Shown here piece by piece: positions 1 to 9,268 of a DNA stretch of 64,000 bases (positions are counted from its first letter, which is position 1; every line of letters starts with the position of its first letter). The stretch spans positions 160,001-224,000 of the forward strand of contig CBDDBZ010000031.1 of NCBI GenBank assembly GCA_965225945.1, in the 5' to 3' direction. The DNA comes from Alphaproteobacteria bacterium. GTDB taxonomy: Bacteria; Pseudomonadota; Alphaproteobacteria; GCA-2731375. The notes under the pieces are model-generated. The model worked only from the letters and a program-made list of their open reading frames with translations. It had not been told where the DNA came from and did no database searches. The translations under genes and the position numbers were made by a program.

Positions 1-735
1 GAGACCGGCAAGGGCGCCCGCGACGTCGCGCTCTACGCCGAAGTGGTCGAGACGGTGCGGGCCAGCGGCAGGGACATCATCATCAATCTCACCTCCGGCA
101 TGGGCGGCGATCTGGTGGTCGACGACGACGACCCCGCGACCCCGGCGGAGGGCAGCGACCTGGTCGACGCGATGACCCGGCTCGCCCATGTCGAGGCGCT
201 GCGCCCCGACATCTGCACGCTCGACTGCGGCTCGATGAACTTCGGCGACGGCGCCGACGTGGTGATCCAGACGCCGAACATCCTGCGCGCCATGGCCAAG
301 CGGGTGCGGGAGCTCGGCGTCAAGCCGGAGCTCGAGGTGTTCGACACCGGGCAGCTCTGGTTCGCCAAGCAGATGTACGAGGAAGGGCTGATCGACGCCC
401 CGCCGCTGTTTCAGATCTGTCTCGGCATCCCCTGGGGCGCGCCGGCCGACACGGCGACGATGAAGCACATGGCGGAGCAATTGCCCCCCGAGGCGATCTG
501 GGCCGGCTTCGGGATCAGCCGGATGGAGATGGGGATGGTGGCGCAGGCGGTGCTGCTGGGGGGGCACGCCCGGGTCGGCCTGGAGGATAACCTCTATCTC
601 GAGCGCGGCGTCTTCGCCTCGAACGGCCAGTTGGTCGAGAAGGCGGTGGGCATCATCGAGCAGATCGGGGCCCGCGTGGTGAGCCCGGAGGAAGGGCGAG
701 GGATCTTACAGCTCGGCCGAAACGAGCCCGCCTGA
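1..735 (+). CDS. 3-keto-5-aminohexanoate cleavage enzyme family protein (BKACE/DUF849; CdhC-like), 5' end outside window
   Basis: Motifs [28 protein letters not shown]; adjacent to gamma-butyrobetaine dioxygenase, suggesting carnitine catabolism. Confidence 0.85.
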   Translation, partial: ETGKGARDVALYAEVVETVRASGRDIIINLTSGMGGDLVVDDDDPATPAEGSDLVDAMTRLAHVEALRPDICTLDCGSMNFGDGADVVIQTPNILRAMAKRVRELGVKPELEVFDTGQLWFAKQMYEEGLIDAPPLFQICLGIPWGAPADTATMKHMAEQLPPEAIWAGFGISRMEMGMVAQAVLLGGHARVGLEDNLYLERGVFASNGQLVEKAVGIIEQIGARVVSPEEGRGILQLGRNEPA

Positions 736-796
736 GCCGGCGGGCGCCACGCGTTTCACCGGGCCTCGCCCAGGGAAGCGGCCGGAGGAGCGAGCC

Positions 797-2053
797 ATGG
801 GCTCCCGAGAGATCGAGTTCGAGACGCCGGACTTCGACGTCTATCCCGTGTCCCACGCGATCGAGAGTATCGCCGTCACCTCCGAGGCGGTCGACATCGT
901 CTGGTCCGACGGCCACCGGAGTGGCTTCCACCACCTCTGGCTGCGCGACAATTGCCCCTGTCCCGATTGCATCCATCCGGTGACCCGGGAGCAGCGCTTC
1001 GAGATCCTCTCGGTGCCGGAGGACCTGGCGCCCGACGTCGCCACCCTCGCCGAGAATGGCGCCTTGGAGGTCGTCTGGTCGGCGGGTGGGCATCTGAGCC
1101 GCTATCACCCCGGTTGGCTTCGCGCCCACTGCCATGGCGAGGCCAGCCGCGCGCGGCGGCTATCGAGCCTGCGCATCTGGGACGCGGGCCTCGCCGACAG
1201 TCTGGCGACCTTCGCCCACGACGACCTCCTGGCCGAGGATTCCGCGACGCTCGCCTGGCTGGTGAGCCTGCGCGACTATGGCATCGCGCTGGTGCGCGGC
1301 GTGCCGGTCCGCGAGCACGGCCTGGTGGCGCTTATCGAGCGGATCGCGCCGGCGCGCTGGACCAACTTCGGCGCCATCTGGAACGTCGACCTCAGCCTCG
1401 AGAAGAACTCCAACGCTTACACTTCTTTCGAGCTGCCGCTGCATTGCGACCTGCCGACCCGTGAATACATGCCCGGCCTACAGTTCCTGCATTGTCACGA
1501 GAACGAAGCCCGCGGTGGCGACAGCCTGTTCGCCGACGGCTTCCGCATCGCCGAGGCGCTGGCGCGGGAAGACCCGGAAGCCTACGAGGTGCTGACCACC
1601 CAGCCGGTCGAATTCCGCAACACCGACCGGGAATTCGACTACCGCTTTTCCTCGCCGATGATCCGGTTCGGCGCGGAAGGCGAGGTGGCGGAGGTGCGCG
1701 TCGGCAACTTCCTGCGGGGGCCCTATGACGCGCCGGCGGCGCGGATGGCGATGCTCTACCGGGCCTATCGCAAGCTCTCGGCCATGCTGCGCGAGCCGCG
1801 CTTCCAGATCCGTTTCCGCCTGACGCCGGGCGACATGGTCTGCTTCGACAATCGCCGCGTGCTGCATGCGCGGACCGCTTTCGATCCCGGCACCGGCCAC
1901 CGCAAGCTGCAGGGCTGCTACCTCGATCGCGACGAGCTGTTGTCCAGGATCCGCATTCTCGAGCGGGGGCTGCGCGCGCGTTCCCTCGCCCGAGGCTGCA
2001 TGACTCCAGGCTCGAGGGATGATCCGCCCGCTCCCCCTCCGGGCCACCGATGA
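797..2053 (+). CDS. Gamma-butyrobetaine dioxygenase-like TauD/TfdA Fe/2OG dioxygenase
   Basis: N-terminal WLRDNCPCPDCIH Zn motif, HxD (LHCD), FDNRRVLHAR, RKLQGCY. Confidence 0.85.
   Translation: MGSREIEFETPDFDVYPVSHAIESIAVTSEAVDIVWSDGHRSGFHHLWLRDNCPCPDCIHPVTREQRFEILSVPEDLAPDVATLAENGALEVVWSAGGHLSRYHPGWLRAHCHGEASRARRLSSLRIWDAGLADSLATFAHDDLLAEDSATLAWLVSLRDYGIALVRGVPVREHGLVALIERIAPARWTNFGAIWNVDLSLEKNSNAYTSFELPLHCDLPTREYMPGLQFLHCHENEARGGDSLFADGFRIAEALAREDPEAYEVLTTQPVEFRNTDREFDYRFSSPMIRFGAEGEVAEVRVGNFLRGPYDAPAARMAMLYRAYRKLSAMLREPRFQIRFRLTPGDMVCFDNRRVLHARTAFDPGTGHRKLQGCYLDRDELLSRIRILERGLRARSLARGCMTPGSRDDPPAPPPGHR
2021..2047 (+). repeat. Left copy of imperfect direct repeat flanking the trehalose cassette
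   Basis: GATCCGCCCGCTCCCCCTCCGGGCCAC vs GATCCGCCCGCTCCCTTCCGGGCCAC at 7168-7193 (1 mismatch, 1 indel). Confidence 0.7.
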
Positions 2054-2218
2054 AGGCGCACCGAACCGGGCTTGGGTGTGCTTCGGCGGATCGGTGGCTC
2101 GCACCATTGCAACTGGCGTTCGGTTATTCGGCGACCTAACATTCCATTGCCTGATTCGCGCGCCATGGTGGTCGTCATGGCCGCGCCGAAGTCGCGCCGA
2201 ACGGACTGGCGGGGAGCC

Positions 2219-3013
2219 ATGCAAAAGACCCTCGATGAGCTGGATCCACCATGTCTCGATCCCGCCACATTGGCTATATTCGTGGACTTCGACGGCACCC
2301 TGGTCGACCTCGCCGAGCATCCCAGGAAGGTCGTCGTGCCGCCGGAAACCAAGGCCGTGCTGGAGACAGTGGCTCGGGCCTCGAAAGGCGCGCTGGCCCT
2401 CGTCAGTGGGCGCCCGATCGCCGACCTCGACCGCTTGTTGACGCCGCTCAGACTGCCGACGGCGGGCGTCCATGGCCTCGAGCGCCGCGACGCCGGCGGG
2501 GCGATACATTCCGGCGCGATCGACGAGGCCGCCGTCGCCGAGCTCGGCGCCAAACTGCAACGCTTCGTCGCGGATCTGCCAGGCCTCTTCCTCGAGCCTA
2601 AGCCCGGATCGATCGCGCTCCACTACCGAGGCCGTCCGGAGCTCGAGCAAAGCTGCCTCGATACCATGCGCCATTGCGCCGCGGCGTCCGGTCGCTTCGA
2701 GATGTTGCACGGCAAGATGGTGATCGAGGCCAAGGTCGGCTGCTGGAGCAAGGCCGATGCCGTTGCCGCGTTCATGCGTGAGGCTCCGTTCAGGGGCCGG
2801 CTGCCGCTCTTCGCGGGTGACGACGTGACGGACGAGGCGGCGTTCGGGAAAATCGCGGAAGTGCGTGGAATCTCGATCAAGGTGGGAAGCGGGGAGACTT
2901 GTGCGCTTTATCGGTCCGCCAGCCCGTGCCATTTTCGTGCCTGGCTGGGGGACTTGAGCCGCCACTTCGCCGATCGAGCCAAGGGCGATGCTCCCGAGGA
3001 AGGTAGCAATTGA
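2219..3013 (+). CDS. otsB: Trehalose-6-phosphate phosphatase
   Basis: HAD motifs FVDFDGTL, VSGR, AGDDVTDE; ATG at 2219 after GGGGAG. Confidence 0.92.
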   Translation: MQKTLDELDPPCLDPATLAIFVDFDGTLVDLAEHPRKVVVPPETKAVLETVARASKGALALVSGRPIADLDRLLTPLRLPTAGVHGLERRDAGGAIHSGAIDEAAVAELGAKLQRFVADLPGLFLEPKPGSIALHYRGRPELEQSCLDTMRHCAAASGRFEMLHGKMVIEAKVGCWSKADAVAAFMREAPFRGRLPLFAGDDVTDEAAFGKIAEVRGISIKVGSGETCALYRSASPCHFRAWLGDLSRHFADRAKGDAPEEGSN

Positions 3014-4794
3014 CCACGCTCGATCTCGGACTCGTCGGGAATTGCGGCTTCGCCGCATTGGTCGATAAACGGGGCCGGATCGTGTGGTGTTGTCTGCCGC
3101 GCTTCGATGGCGATCCGGTTTTCAACCTCCTCCTCGCGGGTGACGACCAGGATGGCGCCGACGGCACCTTCGCGATCGAGCTCGAGGGCCTGAAGACCAC
3201 CGAACAGAGCTACGAGGCCAACACCGCGGTGCTTCGAACCCGGCTCGCGGGTGAAAGTGGCGAAATCGAGATCATCGATTTCGCGCCGCGCTTCCATTGG
3301 CGCGAGCGCATGTTTCGCCCGCAGATCTTGGTTCGGCGCGTTACGCGAGTGTCGGGCAGTCCGCGAATTCGCGTGTCGCTGACGCCGAGGTTCGATTATG
3401 GCGCTCGCGCGGGCGAGATCACGCACGGCTCCAACCACGTCCGTTTCGTCGGGCCCGACTTCGCCCTGCGCCTGACCACCAGCGCGCCGCTGGACTACGT
3501 CTTGGAGAAAAGCGTCTTCAATCTGTCGGAACCGGTCGACTTCATCCTCGGTCCCGACGAAACCTTGTCCGACGGCGTCAGCGACACCGCACGGTTCTTC
3601 ATGGAGCGCACGGTGGATTATTGGCGCGGCTGGGTGCGCCGGTTGGCCTTGCCGCTGGAGTGGCAGGATGCGGTCATCCGCGCGGCGATCACCTTGAAAC
3701 TCTGCACCTATGAGCCTACCGGCGCCATCGTCGCGGCGATAACCACCAGCATTCCCGAAGCGCCCGATAGCGAGCGCAACTGGGACTATCGATTCTGCTG
3801 GCTGCGCGATGCCTTCTTCGTCGTCCGGGCGCTCAACAGCCTGGGCGCCGTCAAGACGATGGAGAACTACTTTCGCTGGCTGATGAACATCGTATCGTCG
3901 GCCGAGGGAGGTCGCTTGCAGCCCGTCTACAGTGTCGCCCGGGACGACGATCTGAGCGAACGGAAGATCACCAGCCTGCCGGGTTATCGGGGCATGGGGC
4001 CGGTCAGGGCCGGCAATCAGGCCTACCGGCACCTCCAGCACGACGTTTACGGCAACGTCATTTTGGGCGCGGTGCAAACCTTCTTCGACCGGCGATTGCA
4101 CATGGAGGCCCAGATCGAGGATTTCCATCGCCTGGAAAGCGCCGGAGAACAGGCTTTCCGGTTGCACGATCAAGCGGACGCGGGCATGTGGGAACTTCGC
4201 AGCCGCGCCCGCGTGCATACGGCCTCCAGCCTGATGTGTTGGGCGGCCTGCGATCGCCTGGCCAAGATCGCGACGCGTCTCGGCGAGCCCGAGCGTGCCG
4301 GCCTGTGGCTGGCTCGGGCGGAGCAGATCCGAGGGACGATATTGAAACGGGCCTGGTCGGAGGAACGGCAGGCCTTCGTCGAGAGCTTCGAGGGCGACAG
4401 CCTCGACGCGAGCGTTCTATTGATGGCCGAAATCGGCTTCATCGCGCCCCACGATTGCCGTTTCGTGAAAACCGTGGCGCGGGTGGAGGAAGTCCTGGGA
4501 CGTGGGCCGCACATGATGCGCTACGAGGCACCGGACGATTTTGGCGTGCCACGAACGGCTTTCAACATTTGCGCCTTTTGGCGACTGGACGCACTGGCGC
4601 GCCTGGGCCGGAGAGAGGAAGCGCGGGATATCTTCGAGGCGCTGCTCGCCTGTCGCAATCACGTCGGCCTGCTTTCCGAAGACACCGATCCGGTGACCGG
4701 CGAGCTATGGGGCAATTTCCCGCAAACCTATTCCATGGTCGGAATCATCAACGCCGCGATGCGTCTCTCGGATCCTTGGGAGACGGTCGTGTGA
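3010..4794 (+). CDS. Glycoside hydrolase family 15 (trehalase/glucoamylase-like)
   Basis: RNWDYRFCWLRD, QHDVYG, GLLSED, WGNFPQTYS motifs; TTG start overlaps the otsB stop. Confidence 0.92.
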   Translation: MTTLDLGLVGNCGFAALVDKRGRIVWCCLPRFDGDPVFNLLLAGDDQDGADGTFAIELEGLKTTEQSYEANTAVLRTRLAGESGEIEIIDFAPRFHWRERMFRPQILVRRVTRVSGSPRIRVSLTPRFDYGARAGEITHGSNHVRFVGPDFALRLTTSAPLDYVLEKSVFNLSEPVDFILGPDETLSDGVSDTARFFMERTVDYWRGWVRRLALPLEWQDAVIRAAITLKLCTYEPTGAIVAAITTSIPEAPDSERNWDYRFCWLRDAFFVVRALNSLGAVKTMENYFRWLMNIVSSAEGGRLQPVYSVARDDDLSERKITSLPGYRGMGPVRAGNQAYRHLQHDVYGNVILGAVQTFFDRRLHMEAQIEDFHRLESAGEQAFRLHDQADAGMWELRSRARVHTASSLMCWAACDRLAKIATRLGEPERAGLWLARAEQIRGTILKRAWSEERQAFVESFEGDSLDASVLLMAEIGFIAPHDCRFVKTVARVEEVLGRGPHMMRYEAPDDFGVPRTAFNICAFWRLDALARLGRREEARDIFEALLACRNHVGLLSEDTDPVTGELWGNFPQTYSMVGIINAAMRLSDPWETVV

Positions 4795-6179
4795 GCAGGC
4801 TCGTCGCGGTCTCGAATCGCGTCGCCGACTTGGGCAACCCGGCGCAGGCCGGTGGGCTTGCCGCAGGTCTGATAGATGCGCTCGGCGAGCGGAAGGGCAT
4901 GTGGTTCGGTTGGAACGGCGAAACCGTGGCGCCCAAGACCCGGGTGCCGCCAAGCATTGGAAAAATCGATGGGGTGACGACCGTTACCCTGCCACTGACC
5001 AGAAAGGACTATTCGGAATATTATGCCGGTTTCAGCAATAGCGTGCTCTGGCCGATATTTCACTACCGCCTTGATCTGCTCGAATATCAGCCCTCCTTTC
5101 TCAGGGGTTACAAGAAGGTCAATTCAAAGTTCGCGACCGCGCTGTCACCCTTGCTGAGGCCTCGCGACACGATCTGGATTCACGACTACCACCTGATTCC
5201 CCTCGCCAGCGAGCTGCGCCGGAGGGGGCAGGCGCAGAGGATGGGGTTCTTTTTACATATCCCGTTCCCGCCCCCCGATATTCTGACCGCCATGCCCGAG
5301 CACGAATGGCTGGTCCGCACCTTGTTCGACTACGATCTGATCGGCTTTCAGACCGAAGGCGACTTGGGGAATTTCCGCCGCTACGTCGAGGAGCATCTGG
5401 GGGGCATCTGGCGAGGGGACGGGACGTTGGTCGCGGGCAAGGCGGAGGTCAGGGCAGGCTGCTTTCCGATCGGGATCGACGTTGCCGCGTTCGCCCGGAT
5501 GGGACGCACCCCGGAAGCCGAAGAGCAGATCCGTATCATCCGTCAGCGCACTCTCGCGCGCCAAAAGATCATCGGGGTCGATCGCTTGGATTACTCCAAA
5601 GGATTGCCCGAGCGGCTGCAGGCGTTTCGCCGGCTGCTGGAGCTTTATCCGGAAAACCTGAAGACGGTCACCTTCATGCAGATCGCGCCCCCCACCCGCG
5701 AGGACGTGGAGGCTTACGGCGATATTCGCCTCGAGCTCGAGGCGCTCTCCGGCGCGATCAACGGTCAGTTCGGTGATTTCGACTGGACACCTCTGCGCTA
5801 CATCCATCGCTCGATCCCGCGCCCGACCTTGGCGGCCTTGTTCCGGGCCCATCAAGTGGGCTTCGTCAGCCCGCTCAGAGACGGCATGAACTTGGTCGCG
5901 AAGGAATATGTCGCGGCTCAGGACGCGGATGATCCCGGCGTGCTCGTGCTGTCGAAATTCGCCGGCGCGGCGGAGCAAATGGAAGAGGCCCTGATCGTCA
6001 ATCCCTACGATATCGACGAGATGGCGGAAAACCTGCGGCGCGCGCTCACGATGGGGCTCGAGGAACGCATGGAGCGTCACGCGGCCCTGCTCCAGCGGCT
6101 CTACGCGCACGATGCACATTATTGGCAGACTGGTTTCCTGACCGAACTCGCCCGTCGGTCGAAGGAAAAGGTCCGGTGA
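4791..6179 (+). CDS. otsA: Trehalose-6-phosphate synthase
   Basis: SRLVAVSNR, WIHDYHL, GFFLHIPFP, GVDRLDYSKG, RDGMNLVAKEY; GTG start overlaps the GH15 stop. Confidence 0.95.
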   Translation: MSRLVAVSNRVADLGNPAQAGGLAAGLIDALGERKGMWFGWNGETVAPKTRVPPSIGKIDGVTTVTLPLTRKDYSEYYAGFSNSVLWPIFHYRLDLLEYQPSFLRGYKKVNSKFATALSPLLRPRDTIWIHDYHLIPLASELRRRGQAQRMGFFLHIPFPPPDILTAMPEHEWLVRTLFDYDLIGFQTEGDLGNFRRYVEEHLGGIWRGDGTLVAGKAEVRAGCFPIGIDVAAFARMGRTPEAEEQIRIIRQRTLARQKIIGVDRLDYSKGLPERLQAFRRLLELYPENLKTVTFMQIAPPTREDVEAYGDIRLELEALSGAINGQFGDFDWTPLRYIHRSIPRPTLAALFRAHQVGFVSPLRDGMNLVAKEYVAAQDADDPGVLVLSKFAGAAEQMEEALIVNPYDIDEMAENLRRALTMGLEERMERHAALLQRLYAHDAHYWQTGFLTELARRSKEKVR

Positions 6180-7118
6180 AGGACTGGCGGCTGGTCGCCG
6201 ATATCGGCGGCGGTAACGCCCGATTTGCCCGCGCGGGGAGCGACGGCACGATCCATGCCAGGCAATGTTATCCAGTTTGTCGCCATGCGAGCTTCGAAGC
6301 GGCACTCGAGGCTTATCTCGCCACGGGCGGCGGCCTCGCCGGTTGCGCCAGCGTCCGGGTCGCGGCCGCGGGTCCCCTCGTCGAGGGGGCGATCGAGCTG
6401 ACCAACGGCACCTGGTGCATCGATACGCGGGCCTTGAGCGCGCGCTTCGCCAAGTTGCCGGTCGGTTTGATGAACGACCTCATGGCGGTGGCCCTGGCGC
6501 TGCCGCATCTCGACGCGGACGCAACGATCGCGCTCGGCGACGGCCGGCCGGCCGGCCGGCGTCCAGGCGGCGAGCAAGCTCGTCATCAACATCGGGACGG
6601 GATTCGGCGCCGCGGCCCTGCTCGATTTGGACCAGCACCCCCGGGCGCTCCCGAGCGAGCCCGGCCACATGAGCCTGCCGTCGCTCGACGCGGCCGACCT
6701 CGGCGCGCTGGCCCGAGCGGAGCCGCCGTTTCGAAGTGTCGAGGACGTCTTGTCGGGGCCTGGGCTCGCCCGCCTCTATCACGCGCTTCGCGGCCCCGAC
6801 ATGGCTACGCCGGCCGCGTTCACGCCATCCGAGGTGATCGATCGCGCGGGCCATGACCCCCTTGCCCGCGAGGCGATGCGCCTGTTCACGCTTTTGCTCG
6901 GGCGGATCGTCGGCGACCTCGTGCTCGCGCACGCTGCCTGGGGGCGCGCGTATTTGTGCGGTAGCGTGGCGCGTGCCTAGGCGAGGGTCGGGGACGCGCG
7001 GCTATTTCGCAAGATGATGACGGACAAGGGAAAAATGTCGTCGCTCATGGAAGCGGTGCCCAGCTTCTGCATCCTCGACGAGGACGCGGCGCTCAGGGGC
7101 CTGGCATGGTGCGAATGA
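6176..7118 (+). pseudogene. glk: Glucokinase pseudogene (frameshift plus internal stop)
   Basis: LVADIGGGNARFA and MNDLMA in the first frame; KLVINIGTGFG and PSEPGH in the +1 frame after a (GGCC)4 run at 6542-6557; in-frame TAG at 6978-6980, then KGKMSSLMEAVP..ALRGLA to TGA 7118. Confidence 0.85.
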
Positions 7119-7167
7119 TGAAGGGCAATCGTGGGGACCCACTATTTTGCCGATGGAGATGAAGCTC

Positions 7168-7193
7168 GATCCGCCCGCTCCCTTCCGGGCCAC
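7168..7193 (+). repeat. Right copy of imperfect direct repeat flanking the trehalose cassette
   Basis: Matches 2021-2047. Confidence 0.7.
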
Positions 7194-7291
7194 TCGCGAG
7201 GGTACCATTCTCCGAGTGTCCGGAGGGGGGCCGGGCAGCACGGGGATAGCCTGGTGTGTATCGCACCCGGTTCCTTGGACACAAGTTTGTC

Positions 7292-8203
7292 TCATGCGGC
7301 GGGCCTGAGTGACATCGCGGTGTGCCACGCCTGACGAGCTTGAGCGGGGCTCAGGTAGCCGTTCTTCTCCACGATCCACTGGGCATTGTACTGTTCGACG
7401 AACCCGCGGACGGCGTTCCGCAGCTCCGCGATGTTGCGGTAGATGCGGCCATGGATGATCTGTTCCTTGAGCGTGCGATTGAACCTCTCGGCGACGCCGT
7501 TGGTCTGGGGCTGTTCGACGAAGGCGTAGGACGGCTGGATGCCCCAGAACTTGATCTGGTTGGTGAAGTGGTCCGACAGATACTGGGAGCCGTGATCCAT
7601 CCGCAAGGCCAGCCCCCGCGCCGCACCGGCGGAGGTCGAGGCATACAGCCTCGCAAGCCCCATGGAGATCGGCTGAAGGGCGGCGAAGCGGTCGCCTCGC
7701 TTGCACACATGCCAGCCGACGCACTCGGCGTTCCAATGCTCGATGGCGGTGAATATCCAGCCCCAGCCGTCGTCCACCGTGAACACCCGAACGCCGTCCG
7801 TGCCCCACATGAGGTTGGGGGCATGGGTGATGATCTCACCGACATGGGGATTTCCGCCACGGCGGCGGCAGCGATGGGGCGAGAGCAGGTTGTTCTCGCG
7901 CATCACCCGGAGCACCCGCTTGCGGGAAACACGGATGCCACGACAGACCCGAAGCCGAGCCCAGACCTTGCGGTGTCCCTCGCCCTCCCAGGGGGATGCC
8001 TCCAGGTCGGCCTCGATGGCCACCAGCAGAGCCTCGTCCGAGATCGAGGGCTTCGGTCCCCGGCGCTTTGCTGGTGGGCGCTCAGCGGTGGCCTGCTGCC
8101 GGGATTTCATGGCGTAGAACGAGGAACGGGCAAAACCCCAGGCCGCACAGACCCGCTGGAGGCCGTAGGCCAAACCCGTGCCGGGAGAGGTGGCGGCACT
8201 CAT
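7292..8203 (-). CDS. IS3-like DDE transposase OrfB
   Basis: WGTD, MDHGSQY, PQTNGVAERFNRTLKE; ATGA overlap with orfA. Confidence 0.92.
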   Translation of the reverse strand: MSAATSPGTGLAYGLQRVCAAWGFARSSFYAMKSRQQATAERPPAKRRGPKPSISDEALLVAIEADLEASPWEGEGHRKVWARLRVCRGIRVSRKRVLRVMRENNLLSPHRCRRRGGNPHVGEIITHAPNLMWGTDGVRVFTVDDGWGWIFTAIEHWNAECVGWHVCKRGDRFAALQPISMGLARLYASTSAGAARGLALRMDHGSQYLSDHFTNQIKFWGIQPSYAFVEQPQTNGVAERFNRTLKEQIIHGRIYRNIAELRNAVRGFVEQYNAQWIVEKNGYLSPAQARQAWHTAMSLRPAA

Positions 8204-8631
8204 CGCCGCGACCTCCGCCGCCCCAAAGGGCCGGACGTCTCCGTCTTGGCCTCCAGCAGTTCCACCTGCATGATCAACTCCCCGATCCGCTTCATGGCGA
8301 TGTCCAGTTCCGCCTTTACCGGATCGCCCTTGCGTTCCTTGAGCGAGGCATCGATCCCGGCGATCGCCTTCTCACGCCACTGCTCGAGCCGGAAAATCTC
8401 CACGCCCAACTGCCGCGACAAAAGTTCCACCGGCTCGCCACGCAAAAGCCGCAGGGCAACCTCACGCTTGCGCGTCACCGTCCACCGCTGGCCAAGTCCC
8501 AGCGGGCCTGCCGGCGAAACCTGGCCCGGGGAAAACGTGGACGAGCCAAGCTCGCCCTCGTTTACCACAGGCCCATCAACAGCAACTTTGTTCTCAAAAT
8601 TGTCGGTCATGTTCCGGTCCTCCTTGGACAC
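8200..8631 (-). CDS. IS3-like transposase OrfA (HTH); true start may be ATG 8610
   Basis: KREVALRLLRGEPVELLSRQLGV HTH plus coiled tail; AAGGAGG precedes ATG 8610. Confidence 0.85.
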   Translation of the reverse strand: MSKEDRNMTDNFENKVAVDGPVVNEGELGSSTFSPGQVSPAGPLGLGQRWTVTRKREVALRLLRGEPVELLSRQLGVEIFRLEQWREKAIAGIDASLKERKGDPVKAELDIAMKRIGELIMQVELLEAKTETSGPLGRRRSRR

Positions 8632-8687
8632 TTCGATTAAGCCAATTCTGTGTCCAAGGAAATCGGGTCCGACTCAGGGATAGCCTG

Positions 8688-9187
8688 GTGGGGGTAGGCA
8701 CGGGCGAAGATCGAGGAAACCTCCACGCCTCGCAGCTCGATCTGTTCGCCTGGGGCGCGGGCGACGGAAATTCCATAGAGACCGAAGGCCAGGGCGGGAC
8801 AGCTTTGAATTCGCCCGGGCCGATGCGCGGGCGAGACCTGGACGTCGCCGCGATGACGCGGGAGGCGCTGCTCGGCGCCCTCGAAACCTACCTCGACCCG
8901 CCGAAAAAGGGGTCATTCTACTTTTCCGCCTCCGCTGGCGCTGGCGACACGAGCCACGAAGAGGCCCGCCGTAGCGACCGATAAAGTAGAATGACCCCTT
9001 TTCCCCGCTATTTGGCGATCCTCCACCATCGCCCGACGACCCGTGCCCCGCAATTCGCCGCCTGGTGGCCGAAGGGCTCGGTTTCCGCAATGACCCTCGC
9101 AAGGCCGACGTGCTGCGGCGGCTGACCACCGACGCGGACACGGAGGTCGGTGAAGCCGCCAGAATTGCGCTTTTGGATTCTCGGTAA
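8688..9187 (+). pseudogene. Disrupted HEAT/PBS-repeat-like protein remnant
   Basis: N-terminal piece with QLDLF; C-terminal piece 9011-9187 reads DDPCPAIRRLVAEGLG...DVLRRLTTDADTEVGEAARIAL; the pieces are separated by an inverted-repeat element. Confidence 0.45.
8905..9002. repeat. REPIN/MITE-like element: perfect 20-bp inverted repeat with 58-nt spacer
   Basis: AAAAGGGGTCATTCTACTTT (8905-8924) / AAAGTAGAATGACCCCTTTT (8983-9002). Confidence 0.8.
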
Positions 9188-9268
9188 CGAAGACCCCGAG
9201 GACTTGTCAGCGGGGCCGGAGACGGGCCACCATCCGCCACCTCGTGAGCCACCCCGGGAGTAGCCTCC

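Larger units (their letters stand above)
7257..8676 (-). mobile_element. IS3-family-like insertion sequence (1420 bp)
   Basis: TG...CA ends; imperfect IRs TGTATCGCACCCGG-TTCCTTGGACACA / TGAGTCGGACCCGATTTCCTTGGACACA; flanked by GGGATAGCCTGGTG at 7243-7256 and 8677-8690. Confidence 0.9.
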
